A stretch of 64,000 nucleotides of DNA from Mytilus trossulus (Eukaryota): assembly GCF_036588685.1 (NCBI RefSeq), contig NC_086383.1:8370001-8434000 (forward strand), in the 5' to 3' direction. The position numbers and the translations under genes are program-made. The notes under the pieces are model-generated. The model was not told where the DNA came from. It searched no databases and was given only the letters and a program-made list of their open reading frames with translations. Positions within the stretch are counted from its first letter, which is position 1. Each line of letters opens with the position of its first letter. Below, in pieces: positions 1 through 13,102 of this stretch.

Positions 1-365
1 GATATAAGAAGATGTGGTATGAGTGCCAACGAGACAACCCTCCTTCACAGTCAAATTTTGTAAAAGCAAGGATTTGTATAGTAAGATACAAATCCCTGGT
101 AAAAGTAAATCATAGGTCAAGGTACGGTCTTCAACAAGGAGCCTTACGTTGGTTCACACAGAACAGTAAGCTATAAAAGGACCCATAACTGACCGGTGTA
201 AAACCATTCAAACGGGAAAACCAACGTTCTAGTTTATATTAAATAAAAGAGAGAGAAACGAGAAACATATAAACCACATCAACAAAAAACAACTACTGAG
301 CATCAATTTCCAAACTTAGTCAGGTGCAAATAAAGGCAGCGGATTAAAGCGTTTGAAAATGTACC
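1..365 (-). mobile_element. SINE-like dispersed repeat, family A (resembles Deu/Nin-core SINEs)
   Basis: agaagatgtggtatgagtgccaa-gagacaac...aaggtacggtcttcaaca...gctataaaagg core recurs at ~10080-10290, 26490-26670, 35530-35680, 38395-38700, 44245-44330, 45975-46085, 56230-56475, 58150-58460 and 60565-60740. Confidence 0.7.
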
Positions 366-424
366 AACCTTTTCCACAATATTGATAAAAAATGGTTTTT
401 AATTTTATACATTAATTTACAATA

Positions 425-712
425 ATTCAATTGTGGATGTAACGCGTCTTCTGACGTTATTTTGTTATCAGTCCATTTACATAATTTAGTCATGTGACCG
501 TGACGTCATCAATGTTTTTTCATGTTTTTCAATGGTTTAAAATAGAATTTAGAATTAAATTATAAGAAATGACTGTAATATTTGTTTCTGTCTATTCGAA
601 ATAATTCGAAAAAATGTGGTGCACACTGTAAATAAGCGCGTTTTTCAGTGTGCACTACGTTTTTCGTTATTTCTTCATAGACAGAAAAGATATTACAGTC
701 ATTCTTTAAATA
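425..712. mobile_element. Non-autonomous DNA element with long internal palindrome
   Basis: Imperfect inverted repeat ~563-708: aagaaatgactgtaatat...gtggtgcacactg / cagtgtgcactac...atattacagtcattcttt. Confidence 0.5.
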
Positions 713-1139
713 TTAGTGTGATCAAAATTCGTTTTTTTAAATAAATAGATAGTTTTGTAGTCTCACGCTTTTTTTAAAATTACATTGTATTATGGGTTAT
801 TTTGATTAGTGCAGAAAGAATGTGTAAGGTGTATGGTGCAAAGGTGTAACGTGTATCGTATGATGGTACAGGGATTATGGTGTAATGGTGTATGGTGAAC
901 ATTGTAATAGTGTATGGTGTTAAAGGGAGGTTTACACCATACAAAGACTGTATGTCGTCGTCTGTAGTATTCAAAATGAAGTGTTATTGTTTATTTATAA
1001 TGGCGAGGAGAAAAATACCAGAGGGACTTACCCATTAGTCAAACATAAACTGCCAACATCATCGCAAAACATGAAAAAAAGACCAACAGACAACCAGAAG
1101 TACACAAAGTACACAAAAAAAGACCAAGCCAATTTTTTA

Positions 1140-1445
1140 ATGGGAGTGATCTCAGGTACTCAGGATAAGCAGATACTGTACCACATGTGGAACCCGTCGA
1201 GTTCTTAATGTATTTACAAACCCCATATTAAGTCTGATTTTTAGGTTGAATTTGGGAAAATGAACGGTATCATAGCTACGACATTCTGAACATATCCCAT
1301 GGCATAGGTGAAACGGATATTCAATAACTATCAACCAACTCGTGATGACGTTTGTCACATAAACGGAAGGATTATTTCATTTAATTTCACCATTGAAACT
1401 CTTATTTTAGTAGCTTCCTCGTGAGCAGCAACCCTCTATCAATCA
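1140..1445 (-). mobile_element. Penelope-like retroelement 3' fragment
   Basis: Reverse complement matches 11865-12150 (RT thumb and 3' UTR of the Penelope-like fragment). Confidence 0.6.
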
Positions 1446-4014
1446 AGTCAGTTAACCTGGAATATCGTAAGTAGTAATTGTATGAGCATTATGAGCCTCA
1501 AACCTCGGACATGGACGCTATATTTGGACATGCGCACGTACACTGGCGCTATATTTGGGCATAAACGCGGACTTCTGAATTTGGATTGACTTCGTGATGA
1601 GAATCAAAGGGTATGACTCACACGATCACCGTATTTGGGCACGGAAGCTGACGCTATAATTGGGCTCGAACTTTGGATGCTATACCTTAATATTGAACAA
1701 GGATACACGTCAACGTGGACGTTACGTATTACTCTTAAAAGTGGACGGTATACCCTCTAAAACGAACGCGACTTATAATTAGCTAAACACTAACCCTTTC
1801 AATCCAACCCCTAATAATAAGTCTACCTCTTAAAATAGTCACTTCTAAGACATGCTTTTAACAACTGTAAGAATTCCCCAAGGTATACTATTGATAAAAA
1901 TCAGATAAAATGTCTATTAATCCAGTAGGCGGTTATATCAATAGATGCACGTGTAAAGATAATTGGATTAAAATGTTTGATATCAATACAGGAAATATTT
2001 ATCTTTTTATTTTTATTTCTTAGATTGCTGATCTTATTAAAATGACAATCTTGAAACATTCAGTAGTATTGCTTTTCGATTTCTTTCAACTACTTTATTG
2101 ATATCATACGGAGCTGATAAAAATGACACCTCAAATAATTACATTATGAGATAAAGCACATCTGGTGATTAAAATACGTATCTTTATATTCTTTTCTTCA
2201 ATAACATGTGTACATGTGTACACTGTTTTTATCTGGTTTTAATTAACGGACAACAGCTATAGGAATATCGTCTGCGACATAAAATAATTATCTTTAGTTT
2301 TTAGATTTTTCATCTTATAAGCCGTAAATTTTCAGTAGTCTTGCTTTCTAAATCATTTTGAACCACTTATATCTAATATCATATCATTGAAATTTCACCA
2401 CTAATGATTAACTTAAATCAATATCTCGAATTTAAAAATTGTTTCTCATTTAACTATATCCTATCTATATAGTTGTAAAGTCAACGGACGTAATTGATTT
2501 TTATCTTGAAAAATACACGGATAATGTAATTTATCTATCAATATGTATATATAAGGAGTTTTTGATAAAGTTTATAAAAAAGAGAATAGCGGGCATAAAC
2601 AAATAAAGGATATAAATAAAAAAAGAGAAGAATGGACAAATAAAGTCAGAAATAAAGAATAAAGAAAGATGATAATTTTTTTATAAAGAATAGAGAAATG
2701 TAGGCTACTAATCTGTACGGAATACAATTATACGGCTGCTATAAAGAAAATAGAACTATGAGCTGCTTAAATAAGAAAAAAATACAAACAAATATGAATA
2801 TGACATTGTATTATGCTGTAATATTTCTCTTTACTTATCCTTTTAATTGTTGTGCACGTGAAGGAATTATGTATGTGCAGAGAAACTAGAACCGTTTTGA
2901 ACCGGTTTGGATAAGCAGTTACTGGCTCTGTAGGTTGGCGGCTTTTAGCATACGGTCCAATCAAACAATTGTTATCTCTATATGTTATTCCTCTACATGA
3001 GACTGTGTTGAAAATAACAAAATGCTTAGTAAGAGATACATGTATAGGCCAGGACCCTTATTATGGAAACGATTAAAGGTTTTTTTCAACCGTATAGAAG
3101 CTAAATATATGAAAATAAATACAACAAAAGAATAAAAAAAAGTTTAAAAAAGAACTACACTGAAATACTATATACATGTTTAGATGAAATGCAACGTACT
3201 GAAAATAGTGAATAACAATTTATTTTGTAAATCTCTTGCACTTCAGTAAGAATGTTTGTACTTTTCCAAAAATATCTTTATTTTGGTCTTAATTTAGAGC
3301 TTGTGGTCCAAATTCAAATACATTTGTGTTTAGTGTGACTGGATAATTAATTGAGAAAATAATATCATTACGCAATTCGTCATATGTTTTACAATGCAAT
3401 AAGAAATGAGCTGAAGACTCGATCAAACCACACGAGCAGTTTGGAGAATCTACTAGATTTCGTTTGAACAAATGATCATTTAGAGAACTAATATTCATCC
3501 TAAACCTGGCATGTAATACTTGACCCATTCTATCTTAAAGACGTAGAATTTCTAGTCTGGTAATTTAGTCTACAATTAAAAAGATGAAGGAAGGAAATAA
3601 TCGGAGTATAGATTAGTTCTTGTACGAATTTCGGAAGCATTTTTAGTCTGACGAGTGAAATGATTATGTAAATGAACTATTTGATTTGGTACCAAGTTTT
3701 GTAAATAATCTAGAGTTTTCTTATTCACTATTTTATAAAACATAGTGAGCTTGTGTTTTCCCTTCTTTCTGATAGTGTTTCCCAACCCGTTTCCTCATAA
3801 AGCATTTGTATCGGAGTTAATGTATTTCCACCTGTTACAATTCTCATAGCTTCAATTTGAACATTTTCCACTTTATTATTCAAGTAATGTGTTTTATTAT
3901 CCCAAATGACATCCCCGTACTCTAATATTGGTCGAAAATATGAAAAACACATTTTTCTGAAGTGAACCTAATCAGTATAAAACGCATCTTCCTATGGATA
4001 TTTATTCATATATG

Positions 4015-4603
4015 CGTAGTTTTCAATTTAGACTCGTTTATATTTTTTGTTTGGGCATGTATCATATTTTCCCTCCGGTTTATATGATCCGTTCATCCTA
4101 TATATTGACTCTTAAAATTCAAGAGTTAATCTAAAAATGAGGGTACTTTCTCTAAAAATGAGGGTGCTTTTTATATGGCCTTCCAAATACCGTTTCGATC
4201 CCTAACATCACTGAAGAGACATTTATTGTCGAAATCCGGATATGGTGTACTAAAGAAATATTGACACCGAATGTTTGTGGCACAACATCCTGTCCACAAG
4301 TTAACAATTTTTTTTCTGTGACGTATTAAATTTATAATAAGATCCATTTTGTTACAACCTGTGATCAATTTTATTTGGCAATCGCCAATGGCAGTCAGCA
4401 GGGTTCAAGAACATCAGTTGTTCGACCTGTTAGTCAAATGCGTTTTGTTTAAATATACTTTTTCACTCTTTTGGAAAATGTTGTTTGTGCTGTTTTTAGA
4501 CCCTTCTACAACGAAATTTGTTTGACATGCACACGTATAAAAATTGCGGTTTTTATCCAACGCAGTCATAGGTTTGAACGTAGTTTTCAATTTAGACTCG
4601 TTT
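4015..4603 (+). mobile_element. Hammerhead-containing retrozyme/pLTR-like monomer (564-nt period) inserted in the LINE
   Basis: 25-nt direct repeat cgtagttttcaatttagactcgttt at 4015-4039 and 4579-4603; LINE sequence resumes on both sides; hammerhead at 4205-4248. Confidence 0.7.
4205..4248 (+). ncRNA. Minimal Type I hammerhead ribozyme (family 2), intact core
   Basis: ACAUCA-CUGAAGA-GAC(auuuauu)GUC-GAAA-UCCGGA-UA-UGGUGU: stem I ACAUCA/UGGUGU, 3-bp stem II, palindromic stem III, AUA cleavage triplet. Confidence 0.8.
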
Positions 4604-5449
4604 GCATTTCAAACTATATATATTTAAAATGAATATTCAATAACCCATTATTTGAAAAAATAACACCTAAATGTTTATGAGTAGAAATTTCTTGAAGATC
4701 AGTGTCTTTCGGTTTTAAGATCAGATGACTAGGTTTTTTTAATTTTCTTGAAACAATCATGGTTTCTTTTTTTTTGTGATTTAAAGTTTACAAGCCACTT
4801 ATGAATTTTATTCAGATCTCCATTTAGAATTTCAGCAGTATTTTCAGGGTTGTCTACTGTCAAATAAATGCTAGTGCCGTCTGCAAATAATTTGATAGTA
4901 GCTTTAATATCAGTTACTTTATCGTTCATAAAGATAAGAAAAAGTTGCGGACCTAAAATTGAGCCCTGTGAGACACCTGCATTTAACTGTCTCCATGTTG
5001 AATTGCTTCCATTTAAGACCATCTGTTGACTCATCTCAGATAGATAATCACAAATCCAATTTAGTAGACTTTTAGAAATTCCATATTGTTTAAGTTTTGA
5101 TAATAGCCCTTTATGCCAAACCCGATCAAAAGCTTTGCTGATGTCACAAAAAATCATCCTTATCTCTTTTCCGTTATCTAAAGCTCTACCTAAGTAGTTA
5201 GAAATATCAATAAGTTGATTTATGGCAGAATCGCCTTTTGTAAAACCCGCTTGATCCACTTATAATAATCTTTATCGTTTTTGATAGAAGGGTTTTCCTT
5301 TAGTTTAACGATATACATTTTTTTACGCATATAACATTACGATTCAATGTGTAAGGACTAAGTGCCTATTTTGCCATTAACATACAAAAATCTACTGCTG
5401 TCTTAATTAGCTATATATTTAGATACAGTCTGTACATGTGGATGGCATC

Positions 5450-6110
5450 ATGTCTAAGATCCATATTGTCGGTCATCTGAGGTGGCTGGTTGATTGTTAG
5501 AGGCTGCCGAAGACACTGACTGGGTATAAGTACGGTATTTGGGACCATTTGTACTCTCTTTGTTGTGTAGTCTTCCTTTTAGAGTTCTTGTCCAGTTTTT
5601 GAAGGAGGTCAAAGACGACCGGCATACAAAAATTAGTACAAAACTGGTCAAATGCGTCCTGAGTGTTTTCTACATGTATTACATGTAGTTCTTGGTTGTC
5701 CTTAGCCATAATTTTGCCATCGGTTGTCCATGTGTCCTTTATAGAACGTTTTATTTTTAACTGTCGCACCTTATACGCAATGTTGTTTCATGTTTTAGTT
5801 AAGTCTTCGTTTAGTTTAACATACTTCATATCCCGTCTGTTTTTTAAGTAGGTTTTTTTTTGCATCGGAGTATGCGTTTTTTGACTTGAGGGTCTTTAAG
5901 TCTAACAATAATTTGCCTTGGTATTTTGAATTGGACAAGATTCTCATTTTCACTGCTGTTAATTGTGAGCGGCGCCGAACCAATTCTATGCGATCTTATA
6001 ATGTCTCAGGGTTGCAACTCTCTGTCAATCGATTTTATAAGGGTTGTTACCAGCTATGTAGTTTTGTCCGATGTGTCCGTATCTTAAATATAATTCCAAA
6101 TATGTAAACG
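5450..6110 (-). mobile_element. LINE ORF1 remnant (probably the same element as 3200-5270)
   Basis: LNEDLT-like segment followed by RQLKIKRSIKDTWTTDGKIMAKDN, typical of invertebrate CR1/L2 ORF1 C-termini; same strand as, and upstream of, the RT. Confidence 0.6.
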
Positions 6111-6527
6111 GAAGATTTGTTTACGAACAATATTAAATCATGCGGAATAAAATAGAATTTATAATTCCCGTGAACAGATTTGCGACATAATTAATTCACG
6201 CAACTTATTACTTAAAGATTTGATGTTTACAACTTTGATCTGCATCATTGAAAGGGCATTTGGTTGTTATCTATAATTTACACTGTAACAGTAGCATTGC
6301 AGATAAATCATAGAAATAAAATAGTAGCGAAGGACTATAAAATACGTAAATAAATGTCCTGTCCCGTATTAGTATTGAGCTCAAGGTTTTCATCAAGGGG
6401 GACTACTCACGTTAAACAAATTTTAGACGACAAACACGAAAGACAAAATATATTTTTTAGATACTTTAAAGATGAAAAGGAATTTACAAGTAAGGCAAAT
6501 TAATGGAGGGTAAAACGTAAAAATAAC

Positions 6528-9500
6528 ATGGCAAGTCAAAGTAGTGTTTTCTCTAACGTAAGTACTGTACCGCTGGATTTGATTGATGAACAAGATGAAG
6601 ATTTCGTCAACGAAATTGAAGAAGTCGATAGAATTTATTTTGGGAATGTAGAAATAAATGAAATCAATGAACATGACTTGAACACAAACGATGATGATGA
6701 CACAGATAATGACGAGTCTGATAAAGAAAATACAGAGACTTGTCAGAAAGTTTTCAGTGATTTAGACATAAATGAATCTGTCAAAGAAAAACAATTTCTC
6801 GAAAACACTTGCAAATGTGAAAAACTAAACAATAAAGTACCATGCAGCACTATTGTTAACCATGAAGTATTGTCTGAATATAGATATAGTTGTTTAGAAA
6901 TGGACAACAATGAGCTTGACATGATAAAAAAAGTTCAACTGTTTGCACACAGAAACAATGACTCAAATGTTGATGTCAAAAAACATAAAAGCAAAGAAAG
7001 AGAAAGAATAAATCAGCAGTATTAGTTTAATGGCCACCATATATGCAAAAAGACGTTTTTATTTGCACATGCAATTGGAAAATCTCAGCTAGATTATATA
7101 TCAAAATTATTGGAAAAAGAAGGTTTAAAACCAAGGACTCATGGAAACACTGGTAAAACCCCTAAGCACGCTTTGGCCATAACTGATATCCAGAGAGTGA
7201 ACCATTTTATTCAGGAATATGGTGTAAAATTTGGAGTCCCCTTGCCTGGTCGTTTGCCAAATCACAAAGATTTAAAGGTGACTTTACTGCCTTCAGATAA
7301 AACTAAAGCTGACATACATCAAATATATCAAGAAGCTGCATCTTCACTTAACTACAGGGCAATAAGTTTATCTGAGTTTTAGAAGTTGTGGTTAGAGCAG
7401 TGTCCACACATATCCTCATGAAACTATCAACAGATTTATGTTCAGCTTGTCAAAGCTTTACTGTCAGTTTAAGTAACACAGAAAATATGACAGAAGAAGA
7501 AAAGACAATTTTGTAACAAAACTATGGTGGTCATGTTGAAAATTCTAAAAAAAAAAAAAAAGAGAGACTATTACAGAGAGTAATGCCAAGAAAGCAAGGA
7601 GAATTATACTCAGTTACCAGACAGTCAAATAAACAGAGGTGAGTACATTAAAGGTATATTAAGTAAGTGTTAAAAAACATACATTTACATTTTTACAAGT
7701 ACAAATGTACATGCATGTAAATTTACATTGTGGGGATTATAATGTCATGAATGAACAAATTCTTATTATGAACAACATGGTATAGTAGTCATGCTTATAT
7801 GTATTAAAGTGTTATATGATATGAGTATGTACAAATGTATATATACACATACATATTTGCATAAAAACATATTACATTTGTTTATACAGTAATACATGTG
7901 TATATATACAATTTATTTGTAAATAGGAAAATGCGGTATGATTGTGAATGAACATATTTACATGTACAGAATGTACATTGAATAAACAGGTTCTGTATTT
8001 TCATGTCAATAAATAATTTTGTGTAAAATGTTCAATTTCATTGTGATACATGCATGCTTAACATGTATAAAATTTGTACCTTACATGTAAATTGGTGTAT
8101 ATAAAATGCATGTTATTATGTAAGGCACATTCAAGTTTTGAGTTGTACATGTATCTGTGAACATTTTTCAAAGTATTAATAATTTAAGACTGATTTTGGT
8201 GTTGCATACATGTATCAGCCAGTTGTTGATTTATAAGCTATTGCAAATACCACATTTGCATTCCCTGTTGAATAGCATTCATAAACAAAAACACCCACAA
8301 AACTTCATTGTCGACTTATACATCTTTAAATAATTAAAGCTGTATACATGTACATTGTTTGTGGTTTATTGTACATTATTTTTCATTATTTTGATTGTTA
8401 CACATAATGTTTCAGGTCAACCACCACTTTCATTTGAAAGGAAGAATGCATTGCAGCTTTGACTATGCACAGCAAATACACTATCCACACTAAGCACAAC
8501 AAGTGGGTCCAATGTTTTTCAAAACTCCAAGGAAATGTCAATGTTTGGTGTCTGTGCAGAAGGTTCAGGTAAATAGTATGCTACATTCTTGCTTTTATAT
8601 TCCTTAGTGAATAAATGTTAGTACAATACAGTCAGCAGATGTTAGAAATTTAGACATACATGTACTGTATGTGTTGTTTGCACTTTTATAAAACATGAAT
8701 CTTATGTTTTTAACATTACTTTGGATAAACAGTAATTTGTGTACAGTTACTGCAGTATGTTAGTGAATTCGTTTTTGGCGTATTGATTTTTTAACCTAAT
8801 GCTTTTTGTTATCTATTAATCATGTTTTTCTTTGTCTAATATGTTCTCCTATTTATTTGTATTGTAGTCCTGTAATATTATGTTGTCACTTCAATGTTAT
8901 ATTTAACTTTGCCATTAAAGTGCGAGGTTTGGCATGCCATGAAACCAGGTTTAACCCACCACTTTTATTCCCCTTTAAAAGTGTCCTGTACCAAGTCAGG
9001 AAGATGGTTATAGTTATATTATTGTTCGTTTCTCTGTGTGTTGCATTTTAACGTTGAGTCGTTTGTGTTTTCTCTTATTTTTGAGATATTGAGATAAGAC
9101 GTGGCACGGTACTTGTCTATCCCAAATTCATGTATTTGGTTTTCAAGTTATATTTGTTATTCTCGTGGTGTTTTGTCTGATGCTTAGTCCGTTTCTGTGT
9201 GTGTTGCGTTTCGGTGTTGTGTCGTTGTTCGTTTCTGTGTGTGTTGCGTTTCGGTGTTGTGTCGTTGTTCTCCTCTTATATTTAATGCGTTTCGTTCGGT
9301 TTTGGTTTGTTACCCCGATTTTGTTTTTTGTCCATGGATTTATGAGTTTTGAACAGCGGTATACTACTGTTGCCTTTATTTAGTTTGATCTTTTTTGTGT
9401 ATATAATTTAAGTGTGAGACAACTCTTCACAAGAGACCAAATAACACAGAAATTAGTATTGTGTAAATATAATTATGACATTCATTCATTGACCTTTTAT

Positions 9501-10075
9501 GATCTCAGATATTTTACCTTGTTGATGAAAGTGAAAGGGTACAAAAAGTGTAATTAACATGCTACACCATCATTTTGCATATAAGTCATATGGGGAAACA
9601 ACAGTCAAACTTCACATGGACAACTGTACAGGGCAGAACAAGAATAACTTTGTAATTTGATATGTTTTATTTCTGTCATAAATGTTTAGTGGAAAGTTGC
9701 AATAAATCTTCATGTTGGTATAAACATGTAATTTTACATGCAAGTACCTAAGGTGAATGAAAATAGGCTTCTGTAAAATATTAGTGTATTTCTTTTCCTT
9801 TTTATAATTCACCACTGAAACTTAAATTATTTAACTGTACATTTTCAAACCGGATACCAGATAGGATGAATACACATTGAAATTATTCAAATAATTGTCT
9901 GTGATTGATTCAAATAAATGAGATTTAATATTTTGTTAGTTTCAATATACAAAAATCTAGATGTTTGTATTGTTATGAAAGTTAAGACTTCATTTGATCA
10001 TTGACATTACTTTTATTAAGAATATATTATTTTTCAAGGTATGGTATGTGGAGAGTATTGACAGGCAGACACAAC
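6528..10075 (+). pseudogene. Intron-containing Sola-like (DUF7869-type) DDE transposase pseudogene
   Basis: Exon 1 6528-~7638 (PRTHGNTGK, GVPLPGRLP; stops and frameshifts). Exon 8416-8568 (SFDYAQQIHYPH*AQQVGPMFFKTPRKCQ, AG/GT flanked). Exon ~9510-9659 (LHMDNCTGQNKNN). Exon from 10039 (YGMWRVLTGRH) truncated by a SINE-like repeat. Confidence 0.75.
8770..9385 (+). mobile_element. SINE-like repeat (families B+C) inside a transposase intron
   Basis: Core aaaccaggtttaacccacc...cctgtaccaagtcagg (also at 37285-37450, 45050-45400, 58790-58990). Tail ...gagttttgaacagcggtatactactgttgcctttattt (also at 26274-26420, 46130-46210, 52589-52845, 54670-54775, 63400-63429). Confidence 0.7.
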
Positions 10076-11584
10076 GTTTGTTTATGTGTTACATTTTGGG
10101 TATTTTTCGTTCATTTTTGCACATAAATTAGGCCATTTGTTTTCTCGTATGAATTGTTTTACATTGTCATTTCGGGGCCTTTTAAAGCTAACTATGCGGT
10201 ATGTGCCCTATAGTTGATTATTTCTGTGTCATTCGGTCTCTTGTGCAGAGTTGTCTCATGAACAATCACACCACGTCTTCTTTTTTATATATACTATCAA
10301 TCTGTCAGAAATGCTTGTTCACTCTTTATTTTCATATTCCTTAATCGATTCTCATTTTTTTTTTATTAATATTGAAATGTTAAGTAGCGAATTTATATCC
10401 AGGACCGCAATGGGGGTTGATCGTGGAGTACATTTTTTCTGACTTTATATTTATATCATCGAATGACATTATGATCATCTTAGAGAAGTTAATGTGGCAA
10501 TGCATTTGTAAGGTCCTTTCAATAATGACATGCATACTAATAATAACATGAAAGTGTCAAACTCATGCGATAACCAAGCATGATCAATTTTGTTTAATGA
10601 ATCGTCAATTGTGCGATTACAATGTTAGGGCTTTGCATATCACTATTGACCGACTTGTTTTTATATTCATATAAAGCAGAATCTGACAGAACAATCTCGA
10701 ATACAAAAATAAAATACAACATAATCGTTAGGTTGTTTAATAGTGTCCCTTTTAGAAATATAACGTATGTCCTCCCATCAGCAACCTACATATAAATGAG
10801 TGTTGCATATAATGTGCCAAAGTGAACTTGAGATTAAAGATACTAATAAATGTATAATATCTGGTTGACAAACGTGAATATTTCAACTTTCAATATGTCA
10901 ACTATCTCAAACTATTCATTGTATGGTGTCGACTGTACAAGGAGTGGAAAGCCATATAAGTCTTAGTCCTTACATTACCGAGATTTGCTCTAACCTAACC
11001 ATCAGATGTGAAATTTTAATTAAGAATTCCTTAATCACAATGCATTGAGACGAGTTAATTTAAATTCTAATAATACGTTTTTCTTTAGCTTTGGATACAA
11101 AGCCATGTTCTTATTTGAATAGAACATGGGCTGCACGTGATTGACGTCACAATTGAAATTGCAACGTCAGATGAATTTTGAACAACACCAGAGATCAAAA
11201 TGGACCTTGTTGTTGGTGTTGCTTGATAGGACATTAAATACAAACATTCTAAAAGTAAATTTCAAATGTTTCTGTTCTTTTTTTTATTGATAAACTGTTG
11301 ATTTTTCTATAACGTTTTTGTTCATCAAATCAAAATGGCGACATTTCCAGCGTCTACTATAGGTCCGCTTCGAAGAACAAAAGTTCAAAATATTCCGATA
11401 AGAACCGAAATATTTATATTATGCCATGCTCTATGCTCTAACTCATTCCAATGGGAACCAATGATGCCCCTTTTCTTGACGAATTGTTTCTTTATCATTA
11501 TGAGGTTGACCTCATTATGGAACTTTTTTGGAAGAAAGATAAGTATTTAGCAATTTCCTATTTTTTTACTTTCCACTAAATAAT

Positions 11585-12330
11585 TCAAAATTTGGTGATT
11601 ACGTTTAATGTATCTATCCAATCGAACTAGAGATAAAGAATACAACAGATACAGTCAAGTCGGCCTCATATATTGACTTAGATCTATTAATTGACAATGA
11701 GGGTTGGTTGAAAAACAAATACGACAAAAGAGGAAATTTCAGCTTTCCAATCGTGAACTTTCCATTTCTAAGTAGGAACATTCCAGCAGCACCTACATAT
11801 GGGATAAATAGATCTCCCAATTGGTACGATATTTTCGTGATTGTGTTTCCTATCGTAATTTTTTTGATAGAGAGTTGCTGTTCACAAGGAAGCTATTAAA
11901 CAAAGAGTTTCAAATGTTGAAATTGAAATCATCCCATCGTAAATGTTATGGACGCCATCACGATTTGGTTGACCGTTATTGAATAACAGTATCACAAATG
12001 ATATCGGATATGTTCCTTATGTTGTAATTACAATCCCCTTCCCTTTCATGAATGTTACCTACTGAATTAGACTATTTACCGGATTTGTTATAACATGAGC
12101 AACACGACGGGTGCAACATGTGGAGCAGGATGTGCTTACCCTTCCGGAGCACATGGGATCACCCCTAGCTTTTGGTGGGGTTCTTGTTGCTTATTCTGTA
12201 GTTTTCTATGTTGTGTCATTTGTACTTTTGTCTGTCTGTTTGTCTTTTTCGTGTTTAGCCATGGCGTTGTCAGTTTATTTTCGATTTTTAGTTCGACTGT
12301 CCCTCCGGTATCTTTCGTCCCTTTTTTATA
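11585..12330 (+). mobile_element. 5'-truncated Penelope-like retroelement (RT thumb and 3' UTR, no C-terminal GIY-YIG)
   Basis: IYPIELEIK.TTDTVKSASY.DL, YDKR..FSFPIVNFPFLS.NIPAAP.YG and LLN.EFQ...YGRHH across frameshifts; related pieces at ~10570-11030 (+) and 12740-12850 (-). Confidence 0.8.
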
Positions 12331-13102
12331 TTGAAAACGGGTAATTTGATGCCCTGATGTTTCACCAAAAGCAGGATGGTTAAAAACTTTTGAATAATAG
12401 GAATTGTCAAATAGACAGGTGACAGCTAAGCTTAAGATATAGAAAATCCCAAAGTAACATTAAAATATAAAAAGAGAGACGAGGTAAAATATGCATTCAA
12501 GAAAGATATTTTATATCTTGATGTCTTCGTCATATAGAATCATTTCTAGTCTTATAATTTTGATAACACACTTTGCCTTGGAATGTGATATATACCGAGA
12601 TTGGAGTATCGAATATTTTGCTGAAGACTATTTCATGATCTATATATGATTTGTTCATATTTTTGTTGCTGAACAGTTTTCGTAATGGGGTTGAGAAATT
12701 TCTCTTTATCGTTCTCAATATAAGTATGCGAGACTTGTCGGTAATAAGTAAAATTTGGTGTGTCACATTCGGGTAAAAGGACAATCCTATGATCATATCC
12801 GCTATCATCTGTGAAATGGATGTTCCGTAACGGCAACTCAACTCGTAATAAAAGTGTGTTCAAAACTAAAGTTATATGGGTTTTTAAGTATTTGTCATCG
12901 TTTAAGAAATTGTACTAAATCAACGTTCATAGGAAATATGGTTAAAACATGGAAGGAATTTGCATTATGTATATTAAAATAGCACTTTATTGTGTAATGA
13001 TATAAATATATTAGCAACAGTCTTATATATAAAAACTTCAGATTACGTACTAAAAGGTTTACATATTCAAGCATGTTTTAACTTCTGCACTTTTAAGATA
13101 TG

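Larger units (their letters stand above)
3200..5270 (-). mobile_element. Degenerate CR1/L2-clade LINE, ORF2 (reverse transcriptase and C-terminus)
   Basis: FCDISKAFDRVWHKGLL, AGVSQGSILGPQLFLIF, KLFAD(G)T, RPILEYGDVIWD, C-terminal CSCG...ESSAHFLLHC. Multiple frameshifts; interrupted by an insertion at 4015-4603. Confidence 0.9.

Noticed and set aside
825-922. gtatggtg-rich stretch and ORF 780-974
   Set aside because: Low-complexity degenerate short repeat; the ORF is spurious
8806-9383. Hydrophobic short ORFs (also 12095-12344, 26220-26471, 38449-38682, 63178-63378)
   Set aside because: Translations of SINE, PLE-UTR or retrozyme repeats, not genes
12000-12110. SECIS element in the PLE 3' UTR
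   Set aside because: AUGA..AA..GA can be found, but I could not establish the required helices by eye; needs SECISearch3
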